The translations under genes were made by a program, and so were the position numbers. Under the pieces are notes generated by a model that had not been told where the DNA came from, did no database searches, and was given only the letters and a program-made list of their open reading frames with translations. A stretch of 64,000 nucleotides of DNA from Octopus sinensis (Eukaryota). Positions within the stretch are counted from its first letter, which is position 1. Every line of letters starts with the position of its first letter. The DNA is taken from positions 108,748,001 through 108,812,000 of the forward strand of contig NC_042999.1 of NCBI RefSeq assembly GCF_006345805.1, in the 5' to 3' direction. Positions 25,255-37,448 of the stretch are shown here, in pieces.

Positions 25255-26159
25255 TTGTGTTGAGTCAAAACTTTTGCGATATTTTCATAACTTATTTGCT
25301 TTATTCATCAAGTTACAACAAAAGCAGCTTAGCACTCAAAGTAGAGACTATCGTGTTGCTCTGTCTGAAGCCACCTTTCTGCCAGTTCTTTGATCCCATG
25401 CTGATACCACATCTTGTCCTCTGAAATAAAATCCTTTACTGAAACTTCCACCTCTTCCTGATTAATGAAGCATTGCAAGTGCTGGAAGTAAGCCCTGGAT
25501 CGGAACAAACAATAGTCCAAAAGAGCTAAGTCTGGACTAAATGCTGAGTTTGGCATCTGTTCACTTCCCTTAAGTTCCTTGAGTTTATTCCAAATCGTTT
25601 GAATGGTATGAGGTCTTGTGCTGTCTTGCTACAGAAAAGATCATTTTCTGTTAACCAATTCAGGGTAGTTTTACCACACAAGAGCATACATCTGCTCCAG
25701 CTGTTCAGAGTACAGGTTGTCATCGATTGTTCAACCTTTCAGAATGAACTTTTAGTTATTTATCTCCTCATAATTCCACTAGACACAGAGCATCACCGTA
25801 TCTTCAAAACATTCATGTTTGACAACAAGTTCCAAAAGCTGGCCCTTGTTTGACCACCACTTATACACATTAGCATTGCAGAAAAAATATCTTCCTCAGA
25901 TTATTACTTGTTCATATCCATAGCTCACTTACTGCACTCATTTCATCAACCAAGAGGAGGGGGAAGCTTCAGTGAAGGAGTTCTTTGCCTTGAAGGAGAA
26001 GAACTGGTATTAGTGTAGAATCAAAGAACTAACAAAAAGGTGGTTTCAGACAGTGCAACATGATGGCCTCTACTTTGAATGCTAGGCTATATTTGTTGCA
26101 ACTTGATGAATAGAGCAAAGAAGTTACGAAAATATTGCAAAACTTTTGACTCAACACAA
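25255..26159. mobile_element. 905-bp rearranged mariner with two inverted 3' ends, TA TSD
   Basis: The ends TTGTGTTGAGTCAAAA(C/G)TTTTGC are flanked by TA at 25253-25254 and 26160-26161. The minus strand 25330-25890 encodes decayed catalytic-domain motifs (MLCV*WNY, QDSTRPHT, FSPDLALLDY, ERWLQTEQHDSLYFEC*). The plus strand 25895-26090 encodes the same C-terminus (SDYYLF, KRWFQTVQHDGLYFEC*). Confidence 0.9.
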
Positions 26160-26350
26160 TATCATTATACTTTGATAAACTATTAATTGGTCAGCATATG
26201 AGAATGCAAACTTGGTCACAAGTGTAAATCTGAATGAGGTAATAATATGCCATCACACACTAGGAATGCATATTTCCCCTCCTCCACTTAGATTACTCTT
26301 ACATGCTTATACATTTTCAAAATGAATGTAAACATGTGCATATATACATA

Positions 26351-26384
<34 letters not shown>

Positions 26385-26509
26385 CATATATACATATGCT
26401 TGTGTCTCTGAGTATTTGTGCATAAATATATATTATATGTGTATGTATAGATGGAAAGCGGATGTTAAACAAGCTATCAAGATAGATAGGGAGGTAGACA
26501 GGCATAGAG

Positions 26510-26910
26510 ATATCTATGTGGTTAAGAAGGTAGCTGCCCAACCATGTACTTTTGAGTTCAATTCCACTGTGTGAAACCTTGGTTGCTATAGTCCTGAGTT
26601 GACCAATGCTTTGTGAGTGAATTTAGTTAACAGAAGTTGAAAGAAGCCCATTGTGCATGTATCGGAGCGTGTGTGTGTGTGCATGTATGTGTGCATGTAG
26701 AGATAGTTGTATATGTGCATTACTGTCATACAAACACTGTCCTTCATTTCCAATCTTCTGTGAAAACATGTCTGGCCAGAAAGAAATATTACATTGCAAG
26801 AAAACAGGTAAAGAATGATGACAGAATGGCATCTGGCTATAGAAGATCTACTTCAACCAATTCCATGTGAATCATATAAGTAGACATTGTAATGATGATG
26901 ATGATGACTA
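26510..26910 (+). mobile_element. Family A head plus RTE-like (TGA)n-tailed SINE
   Basis: TATGTGGTTAAGAAGG...CCCAACCATG...GAGTTCAATTCCACTG...TTTGTGAGTGAATTTAG..., then a (TG)n tract, ending ...GGCATCTGGCTATAGAAG...GTAATGATGATGATGATGA. Confidence 0.75.
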
Positions 26911-27384
26911 TTGGTATTTGTGTGTTTATGAATGCATACATGTGTGTGTGTGTGTAAGTATCTAAGTATGTGTAATTACATTTATAAGTTTATACTGGTA
27001 GATGCTTATAAGTTTAACAACATCATTCTTCATTTGATATTTTCATATTCCTTCCTGTTTTCATACCGTATTCTTTGTAGACTTATAAAATGTGTTTAAT
27101 CAATATAGTAGAAACCTAATTTCTACAAATTAACCTCAGTACAGAAGAAATGTTCTAACATATCTAACATTTTATACAAAGCAAAAAGAAAGATGATATA
27201 GGAAAAACATAAATATATAAATAAAAAGAAAGGCAGTTGGGGGAAGTAAACAAAAAAAAATAATCTAAACGAAATAGTAGCCAGTGGCTAATTTCATGGG
27301 TTCAAATGCAATTTATTTGTTTCTAAGCTCATCAGAGGATGTATATGTGTGTGTGTGTATATATCCCTCTCTTTCTCTCTTGGA

Positions 27385-27554
27385 AAGGCACAAGCACCTA
27401 CACACACGGCAGTAACTTCCACCTACCAAATTCAATCACAAAGCTTCAGTCAGCCCAGGGCTGTAGCAGAAGACACTTGCCCAAAGTGCCACGCAGTGGG
27501 ACTGAACCCGAAACCATATAGCTGGGAAGCAAGCTTCCTAACCACACAGCCTTG

Positions 27555-27556
<2 letters not shown>
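27385..27556 (-). mobile_element. Family A SINE head, well preserved
   Basis: AGAAGACACTTGCCCAAAGTGCCACGCAGTGGGACTGAACCCGAAACCATATAGCTGGGAAGCAAGCTTCCTAACCACACAGCC. Confidence 0.85.
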
Positions 27557-27590
<34 letters not shown>

Positions 27591-27592
<2 letters not shown>

Positions 27593-27732
27593 AGATGGTA
27601 GGGGTTCGCTCCCCTGCTCGAAATTTTATTGGATGCAGTTGTGCATCGTTAACCCGCTAGAGGAGATGTCTTCTAGGGGTTAAAAAATTGCAGTAGATTC
27701 CACTTGAATGGTTAGCCATGTTAAAGTGGCTA
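27591..27732. other. CpG-intact 142-nt element of four consecutive hairpins abutting (TA)n
   Basis: The stems are GTAGGGG/CCCCTGC (27598-27617), GATGCA/TGCATC (27632-27647), AACCC-g-CTAGAGGA/TCTTCTAG-GGGTT (27651-27681) and TAGCCAT/GTGGCTA (27713-27732). Four CpGs lie within about 55 nt. The family identity is unknown. Confidence 0.6.
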
Positions 27733-28694
27733 CATATATTACTTACACATATATAATAACAAAGAAAAGAAAATCCTAACCTTATTACAACTGGCTATCA
27801 AGATATTTTCAAACAGTTCTGATGGTGACAGTTTATAGTTGTGTGATGAAAATTTTGATACCTAATGAAATAAATTCAAGTTTGAAATGAATTTAACAGT
27901 TTTGTGCATTATAAAATTGGCTAGAATGGCTCTTCATTGATGTAGTTGTGTTAGTTTCAGCATATAGTCTCAAATCAAGTCACGTGTGAAACAAGAAATA
28001 TTGATCCTTAATCTAAAAGTAATATTATACAACTATTTTTAGAAAATACTTTCACAGAATGATAAGAATGATTCAATTTTATTTTTCAGGCTAATTTACC
28101 CCCTTATACTAGAGAAAACACATTCACAACTATCCCAAAGATTTTCTTTTTTAGCCTTCCAAATGGTATTTCCTGAAGAATGTTTTCCAATGTCTAAAAA
28201 TAACTAAATATCTGTTGATTCAAGCATTATAAAAACTGTTTAAAGCTATTGAACCAGCTACCTCTGTTTTGGCTTCTTATTTGCATGTTGTTCTTTCTCA
28301 GAGGCTAGTAATTAAACAGCTGGTGAAAATATGTAGACACTTCACTGAGCTGAAAACTGATTATCTTTCTAGTTTTTATTGTTCCTAGCTAAGTTAATAG
28401 CTATACTTTGGTCATGTTATTATCCCCTCCCCGCTATTTACTTCTGGTTCTTTAACTTTTTTGATACAGTCCTGTTCATATAAACAGCAATGTATTCATT
28501 CCTTATCAGTGTGCATAGAGTAAAATAAAGACAAACAACACATAGGCTATGTTTTTTACCTTAATCAACTGTAAAATGTGGAAGAGTAAGCAAATGTTCA
28601 CATTATAGTCCCCTCTACTTACGAAGCAATGTAAACACTGAAATACTTGTCACATGTAATAAGTTATTCTCTTTTTATTACTATTATTATTATT

Positions 28695-29490
28695 AAGGTG
28701 ACACACTGGTAGACTCACTAGCACACTGAGCAAAATATTTAGCAATATTTCATCTGTTTTTACATTCTGAGTTCAAATTCTGCTGAGGTCAATTATTCCT
28801 TTCACCCTTTCAAAGTGAAAGGCATAGTCTAGTTGAGCAGTTGGGTCAATGCGACTGACTTAAACCCCAACTCCAAAATTGCTGGCTTTGTGCCAAAATG
28901 TGAAACCATTATTATTATTATTACTACTAATAATAATAATACTAATGTGAAGGCACATGGCTTAGTGGTTAGGGTGTTGCACTCACGATCTAGCAATCAT
29001 GATTTCAGTTCCTAGACCAGATGGTATGTTGTGTCCTTGAGCAAAACACTTTATCTCACATTGCTATGCAATCACATTGATGCCTGATGTGTAGCACACT
29101 GTGCACCTGTTCAGACAATGTCAATTTGATGGAGGGAGGGAGGGAGCTAATGTGCAGCATGAACATTTGGTCACTATACACAAATCAATTGTGTAAGTCG
29201 TTCTGCAAAAGCTGAATGCTTATACACTGTCTTCAACGGGGGACTCCATCACTGATAATATTATTATTATTACTATGGCTTTTACTACTACTACTACTAT
29301 TATTACATTATTATTAAAGTAGTAAGCTAAAGTATTGGCACGTCAGACAAAATGTTAGCAGTATTTCATCATCTTTACATTCTGAGTTCAAATTTCACCA
29401 GGGTTGATTTATTTTTCAGTAACATAAGTATCAGTTGAGCACTGGGGTCAATGTAATTAAATAGGCCCTGTGCCTTTTACAGGAAGAATG
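28695..29490 (+). mobile_element. Head-to-tail cluster of family C, CORE-like family D and family C SINEs
   Basis: Family C bodies lie at about 28695-28915 and 29310-29490. Between them, 28945-29250 has GGCTTAGTGGTTAGGGTGTTGCACTC...GTGTCCTTGAGCAAAACACTTTATCTCACATTGCT, which is CORE-like. The units are joined by (ATT)/(ACT)n tails. Confidence 0.75.
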
Positions 29491-29939
29491 ATGATGATGA
29501 TTATGATTATAATAATAATTATTATTATTATTATTATTGACCCTTGTAATGTGAAGACATTGTTTTCCTTCTCTCTTCAAGACTTGATTTATTCAAATTT
29601 TCTTTAGAGTACTTGTAAAAACAAAACAAAAATGGACTGTAATTACCTAATGAAAGCTTACATACAATGGCTGGCTGTAGACAACAAAAGAAGTTTGTTT
29701 TACAAACTTTTAAAATCTATTATGCTCATTACATTTTCACTTCCCAAATAACTGCCAAATATATGTCCTGTTACTTAACATTGCAATGGAAAAAAAGACT
29801 CAAAAATGCAATTGAATGTCCAAGGAGAAGGAAATGTTCATTTCAGTGAAGAATTGATATAAATAAGAATATCCTAAACACCTAAACAAGTTGTTTTGAA
29901 AATAGTTGTTGTAATAATAACAACAGCAGTGGTGACTCT

Positions 29940-30660
29940 TGGATATAGAGTTACACACTATAAACTGTTCGTATAGTATTGTGTCAAAGGGAAGCTCCCT
30001 TAATATTAACTGGACCTATCACAGTTCCAAAACAAAAAACAGTAAGTTAAGAGAAATTTTTATGATTGAACAGCATTTCTTTGTTATAGAAACATCCAGG
30101 AGAGAGCAAAGAAAAAATATACCTCCACTTCCAAAAGGATGGATGTAGAACAAGTCTAGCTTCATGATAAGAAGTGCAACAAGTACTTCAAGACATCTCA
30201 GAAGAAATACTTTCAACTAAAAATGGCAAAAATTATAGAACTACCACCTATTGTACCTTCAAGACTGATACTTGGCCAAAGCACAGGCTGATATCATCAA
30301 ACGTAACTCCATCCATACATTTGTGATTCAGTAAGTGGGACAAAATATGCAAGAATACTGATAAAAGACTTCAGAAATGGCAGATTCATCGTTAGTCATC
30401 ACTTTTGGGTCATACCATAGGTAAATAAAGGAGGGTAGTTTCAAAGTAGATTTGCAAGTTCAAATGATTCCTGAAGGCTGTAAAGCCATGTTGGAGCTGG
30501 GCCAAGAAAAGGGCCCGAGATTGATGATACAGGGCAAAAAGCTTAGTTACTATATTTCTCATAGTAAGAATCACTAATATAGGTGATTGCCCTAGAGAAC
30601 TGGAAGGACTAAATAAAAAATATAAGGGTAGAAGTGAGAATAATGAAGATCAAATGAGTG
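29940..30660 (+). mobile_element. Possible L1/Tx1-type LINE ORF1 relic with decayed CCHC zinc knuckle
   Basis: EGSFKVDLQVQMIPEGCKAMLELGQEKGPRLMIQGKKLSYYISHSKNH*, followed after a frameshift by GATTGC (D-C). This is consistent with an eroded C-x2-C-x4-H-x4-C at about 30546-30590. It is purine-rich and has several stops. Confidence 0.4.
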
Positions 30661-31268
30661 AAAAGAGAACCCCTGTAGTGTTGGCACCACAAAAAATATG
30701 CTCTGTACATTTTGCAAAGTGGTTGATATTCAGATGGGCATCCAGCCATAGAAATCAAGCCTAAATTAAGATACTAAAGTAACACATTGTTATCCAACAT
30801 GTTGGATCCTGTCAAACCATCCAATCTATGCCAGTATGGAAAGCAAGCGTAAAATAGTAGTGGTGGTAGCAGTGTGCTTATATGCATGTTTCTTGTGTTC
30901 ATGCATGTGCTTATATTTGACATATGACACCAGTTAAGATCAGTATTGAGTGAAAAAGATAATTTTGTCAATCATTAAGATATAGAATGATAAAATAAGT
31001 ACTTGAGTCACTGCAATCAATGACAAAAACAAAAATACTAAAGGTGGTGCCCCATTATGGCCACAGCCCAGTGACTGAAACCAATACAAATAAAAGACTA
31101 TATTAAAAATTTAAAACAGAAAAAATAAATGTTCCAGTTAGAGAAGCTAGAACCACATAGCTGTCACTAGCCATTACACTATAGAGCACCTGCCATTCAC
31201 TTATCTCAAATTATATGCTATAAATGTTTAATTCATTGTCCATTTATCACCTGGTTAGCAAGAAAGGG
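30660..31268 (+). repeat. 609-bp segment, copy 1 of a direct duplication
   Basis: By eye it is identical to 33247-33855 (offset 2587). The ORF track independently shows identical 65-aa ORFs at 30774 and 33361. Confidence 0.95.
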
Positions 31269-33246
31269 GTAAGATTTATTCAAAACAACAATGATACTCC
31301 TCCTCAGAAAAATATCAAAGTATAATTAACAATCACTGTCCATTGAAAATTAAATAAACAGTAGACAAAATTATACATCTTTGTGACCATAGTCTTTCTT
31401 AAGAAGTTAGATCACAAAAACAGTTACGTTAAGAATTAAAGCAACGTGCAAAAGATAGATTATTAGTAAAAATAAAACTGAGCCATCACAGTGAGCATAA
31501 TCTTAAGAAGAAGAAGTTTTGCAACATGAAACATACCCCACCCCCAACACTTTCTAATACATTCATAATCATTTTGAGAATTGGTTAATGAGTAGGATTG
31601 TGGAGTATCCAAAGCCAACTTACTTGTTTTATTTCCTTTAAATATTACGGGCTTTATCATACTTTTATTATTCATTACTTTGCAAATCTATGTACTTTAA
31701 AAATCTTAGTAATGTCCATTCATCTATTGTATTATGTCTCCTCTCCTCCACTTAATATTTTAAAGCTTGCTTTTACACCTGACTTTACTTTGTAACCCTT
31801 TAAGAAAGTTTCATATTTTTGTATTTCTTTAAGTTTTTGTGGTTAATAAAGAATTATCATTATTATCATCATCATCATCATCAGTAGTAGTAGTAGTAAT
31901 AGTAGTAGTAGTGCAAAGAAATTGAAACATTGTAAAAGATAGTATTTCTTATAAGATGATGGAATAAGTTCATCTACTATTAGAATGCTTACATTTCATT
32001 TATAAAAAGTATATTTTTAATTCTTTTCCATTTTTCTATTTTAAAGTTTATATACTTTTCATAATCTATACTTAAGTGATTCATTTAAAATATTTATTTA
32101 AATGGTATTTTTTTTTTTGTTACATTGAAGAAAACATTTGATTTTTAGATGATAACTTAATGAACCCATTGATCTTCAAAATTAATTCAAACTGATTTTA
32201 GTGTATTACTTTTTCCTTAAGTAATATTTGACATTGTTGCCTGTGTCTACTTAACAAGACAAAAATATAATAATTCTATTTCATTTATAAAGAACTTAGA
32301 ACCATCTATATATACAAATTACCAACTCTAAAAATCCAATGACACATGATAGATCTATATCTGTTGTTCAATCCAAACTTTGTTGTCCACTACTTCTATT
32401 TCGTTTGAACTTGTTCACTAATTCAATAATTTTAAAATATTATCAAAGACTAAACTTATAAAAATTATCTTGTATATATATACTCTTTTCAACCTTTGCT
32501 TGATCTTTAGAGTAAATATATATATATATATATATATATGCAATCTCCCTTCAGAACAAACTTTCCATTGTAATTTAGAAGATGTATAGAGTGTTTTGGG
32601 AACAGGCATGGATTTTGTGTTGACATTTGGGAAATTATTTTTAAAGGCCAACCTCACATTTTATATGCTACTTTTTAAAAGAAAAAAAAAGTTTAGCAAA
32701 TGCTAGGCAACAAAGATCAGACTCGGACATTTTATCACTTGTTCCAATTAGTCTACTTTACTTGGAATGAAAATGATACGCATGTAGCTACACATATCAC
32801 TATTCACCATGTATCAGGGGATAAAATATACTTAGTTTATTTTTCACATTAACTCAGAAATTGTCTTTCTCTCTTCTCTCTCTCTCTCACCCTCTCCATA
32901 TATATGTGTGCATGTATGGAACAGCAAATGGATGTTTTCTGGCACCTCTGTTAATCTCTCTTCTCTACTATCCCCTCACAACAATAAATCTGTTCTCCTA
33001 ATATATTGCAACTTCTCTCAACATCAACCTTTCACAGCAATCAATCCACATCACCCAGCAACTTTCACCATACCTCACTTTAAGTCATTATTCACTTTCC
33101 CATTCTCTCCTTTGCCCTGTGTGTTACAAAGTGACCTTAGTTGAGCTGACAAAAATATCACCCTGTACATTCCATAAAGGGTTGGGTAATGGGGAAATCA
33201 AGCAGTGACAATGTAGGGTTTGACTAAACTTTTTAGTCTTGCTGAG

Positions 33247-33855
33247 GAAAAGAGAACCCCTGTAGTGTTGGCACCACAAAAAATATGCTCTGTACATTTT
33301 GCAAAGTGGTTGATATTCAGATGGGCATCCAGCCATAGAAATCAAGCCTAAATTAAGATACTAAAGTAACACATTGTTATCCAACATGTTGGATCCTGTC
33401 AAACCATCCAATCTATGCCAGTATGGAAAGCAAGCGTAAAATAGTAGTGGTGGTAGCAGTGTGCTTATATGCATGTTTCTTGTGTTCATGCATGTGCTTA
33501 TATTTGACATATGACACCAGTTAAGATCAGTATTGAGTGAAAAAGATAATTTTGTCAATCATTAAGATATAGAATGATAAAATAAGTACTTGAGTCACTG
33601 CAATCAATGACAAAAACAAAAATACTAAAGGTGGTGCCCCATTATGGCCACAGCCCAGTGACTGAAACCAATACAAATAAAAGACTATATTAAAAATTTA
33701 AAACAGAAAAAATAAATGTTCCAGTTAGAGAAGCTAGAACCACATAGCTGTCACTAGCCATTACACTATAGAGCACCTGCCATTCACTTATCTCAAATTA
33801 TATGCTATAAATGTTTAATTCATTGTCCATTTATCACCTGGTTAGCAAGAAAGGG
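33247..33855 (+). repeat. 609-bp segment, copy 2 of a direct duplication
   Basis: It runs from GAAAAGAGAACCCCTG to GGTTAGCAAGAAAGGG. I found no mismatch to copy 1 on reading. Confidence 0.95.
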
Positions 33856-34251
33856 ATATGTGGATCAAATTTTACAGATACATTCTTGTTGTTCTCTCAA
33901 AATCATTGCTACAAAAATTTAACTATTACTTGTGAGTGTATACTTACATACACACATACAAAAACATACACATAATTTGATGGGGAATGTTGGCTGTCAA
34001 AGCTGACAAAGCTATAAACAATAGCATGTGAATATTGAGTTTTAAAAAACCCTTGAATAGAAAAGTCAAAGGCTGCCCTTGGGACTCAAACCCATATTTC
34101 CTATAAACCTGACAGGTGTTTTCTATGCAAGGGATTTTTTTAACCCAATATTTACATGCTATTGTTTATAGCTTCATGCGCTACAAAATCCAACATTCCA
34201 AAAAAAACCGATTATTTCACATTCTCTTGAAGTTTATAAATTCTTATGACA

Positions 34252-34300
<49 letters not shown>

Positions 34301-34852
34301 GCATGTGTGTGTCTGTGCATGTGTCGTATATATATGACATTATTCATTCAAAGCTGAGCCAACACAATTTGCTGTTGAGTTTATCATTCATGATCATCAG
34401 GTCCCTGAAAAATGGAAATGAGAAACTATAAACAGTTCTCATGTAATCAACTTTGAGTGAATGTTATTCCATTCTACCAAACAGTATTGAATGCTTCTTT
34501 TTCACTAACTTAGAATTCACCCAGTGTGGAGTGACAATACCTTGTGTGAATTTGCATGTAAATGTGTGTGTGTGTGTGCATGCAAGCCTGTGTATGTATG
34601 TATGTATCTGTGTGTGTGCATATGTTCATTTGTGTGTTTTCATAAAGCATCTATTCCCAAACATTTTGCTTAATTAATTATAAAGATTCAATATTTCTGC
34701 ATGGAGTCAAAATAGATTTGTACAAACTTTTGTATCTGGAAGAAGCCTAAATATTATATTTCTTCAATTTGTTATATTTCTTCGGTAACCCTTTATAAAA
34801 TAAAAATATCCATTCATTGCACTTAGATTTATTTGATGGCTATTAAATTCTC

Positions 34853-35180
34853 ATCATCATCGTTTAACATCCGTTTTCTATGCTGGCATGGGTTGGACGG
34901 TTTGACTGAGGTCTGGAGAGCCAGCAGCTGCACCAGGCTCCAATCTGATCTGGCAATGTTTCTACAGCTGGATGCCCTTCTTGACGTCAACCACTCTGAG
35001 AGTGTAGTGGGTGCTTTTTGAATGCTACTGGCACAGGGGCCAATCAGGGGGTACTGGCATCGGCTACGATCAGATGGTGCATTTTATGTGCCACTGCCAT
35101 GGGACCAGTCAAGTGGTCCTGGTGTTGATCACATTTGGATAGTGCTTTTTACGTGCCACCAGCACGGGTTACATGCCACC
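34853..35180 (-). mobile_element. RTE-type 3'-end repeat, relatively young
   Basis: CATCATCATCGTTTAACATCCGTTTTCTATGCTGGCATGGGTTGGACGGTTTGACTGAGG...CTGGATGCCCTTCTTGACGTCAACCACTCTGAGAG. CpGs are retained, and there are three TTTT..GTGCCACC-like subrepeats. Confidence 0.85.
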
Positions 35181-37390
35181 ATTCTATAAAATAAAATTCT
35201 ATCCTTACGTTATATTTGTTTTCAATTAAAGTCTCTTGATAGTTATTTTTTCACATACACCAAAGGAATTCAATCAATATTAACTCAAAGTTTGAAACAA
35301 ATCTACCAGTACTGTTGTTGTTTTGTTTTTTTTGTTTTGTTTTTAGGGGATTTCTTGCCATTGAGGACTCAGTTCTTTTCCTTTTATTGTTCTTTTCTTT
35401 TATGTCTAGCTTACAAAATCAATTCATCCACTGAAATTTAAATAACTTCATCTACATTTTATACAAACCAGATTAATTTATTTTTGTTATTCCTGAAAGA
35501 ACAATGATGAAAACAGTTTCATCATCTCACAAACAATATATTTTGTTTAATTTTATTTTTCTTCAAACTCTAAACATACTTTTGTTTCCTTTTTATTCCT
35601 TCATATTTAAGCGTGTTCCTCATGGGGTGACAAATTATAACTAGTTTGCATTAGAAACCTATTTTTTTATACATAGTTTATTAAAATTAGCTTCTATTTC
35701 TTGAATAGTTTCATGGATTTCTTTCTCTTCATTTCATTAAGATCTATTGGATCGTAAAGTGTCCTAACTGAATCTCATCATAGCAGACATCCTGCCTTAT
35801 CCCATGAATTCTTGAAGATAAACTGCCATTTCACAACTTTTAATATGTAAAAGTTATTCACCTCCAGAAGTATATTATCAGTTTTATATTATTACTTGTA
35901 TCTGGTTATAGAAAACAAAATTACAAATGTAATTGTGGTGCATTAATTATTCTGATTCTGCTTTAAATCTCTCATACAATGAGGATCAAAAGACTAAAAC
36001 ACTCTGTATCAGATTTAAAAGTAAGTTCATTAACAAGATGATTTATTTCTATCTTACACTAGAAATGTTGGATTTTGAAATCTTCATCTAAAACAGCTTG
36101 ACTGTGGACTGAAATTCTTTTAAATGTTGCAATGTCATGAAGAATTGTACTCATATTTTCAAGCATTTCACTAAAAGTTACAAAGCATCTTATTCACAGA
36201 AGGCTCTTTTCAAGATCCAATAATTTAAAAATTTTAACCTATCTTTATTTCTGCCATTCCTAAATCAGATTTTTTTCTAATAAAATGTAATATTTTAAAA
36301 TCTATTGAAAAATTCAATATTTTCATGAAGTTACACATATTTAATGTATGGTATTTGACTAGCTACTTTTGAATTCACTGGAAATCATTACAAAACAGAG
36401 AATTACAAGAAACAAAACAAAACAAAAAAAAAAGGTATTCCTTGTTGAAAAATCAACGCATTAAGCTAGCTAAACTCAAATAGCCATCTCAGTTGTAAAG
36501 TTTTGGAGGATCTGGAAAAACTTCATTGCCTATCCTCCACATACTTCTATATACACAAAAACACTTTCAGTATCATTGAATGAGGCAGTGATGTAAGGAT
36601 GTTATCATATGGTAATCATAAGAAAGAGGAACATAACTTGTAGATAGGTAGGTTGGAAGGAAAGAGGGGAAAGGGGAGAAAGAGAGAAAAAGGGTTTGTT
36701 TATTTTTTGGCATTTTATTTTTATTTTCCTTCATTTTTATTTAAACTTAACTAAACACATAATTACAGTCTGACATAATTAAACAGTTTTTGTATAATAG
36801 CTATAAACGTAACTCCTTGAAAACTCAAAGCAATTATAAAAACGATGTAAATGATGACTAAAATGTTAGGGATGTCTTGTCTCAATCTTTCATTTAGGAA
36901 CAAGGCAAAATATTTAGACATTTCTGTAGCAACTTAATATTGAGCAAAAACAAATATAAATGAAATGGCATTTCTTTCAACTGTATAAGAAAGAATATAA
37001 ATAACAAATATAAAGCATATAAAACAATGTATAGAATATAAATTAAAAAGAAAATAAACAATAAAATAGCATTTATTGTTTTTCTTTAAATGCTAACTGT
37101 TTGTATAACTTGAAGATATGGTTAGCACATAGCTGGAATTACTGTTCTTGAATTCTTAGGTTTTATTTTGTTTTTTGTTTTAGATAGGAGGAAAAGGAAG
37201 GGAATGAGATATGTTTTGACCTACCAAAATAGACAAGAACATTCTGTTCCTAAATTCTTCTGTATCAGTTCCCTAAGTAGGTTAGTCAACTCTTTATGTT
37301 AGACTACTGCAACAGCTTGACACTGTTTAGCCTTATACATGTGTTTTAACAAAAGTTTATTTCATAGTTTTAGAATTCCTTTTATATATG

Positions 37391-37434
<44 letters not shown>

Positions 37435-37448
37435 TACATACATATATA

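Noticed and set aside
27591-27732. Resemblance to snRNA parts (U1 stem-loop IV-like TGGTAG..TTCGC..CCCCTG; Sm-like CAATTTTTTAA on minus) or a hammerhead
   Set aside because: The matches are short, there is no U1/U4/U5 body and no CUGANGA/GAAA core on either strand. It is kept only as an unclassified structured element.
30774-33558. Identical 65-aa ORFs suggesting a duplicated small gene
   Set aside because: They lie over decayed RTE-tail sequence inside the 609-bp duplication, with no independent coding evidence.
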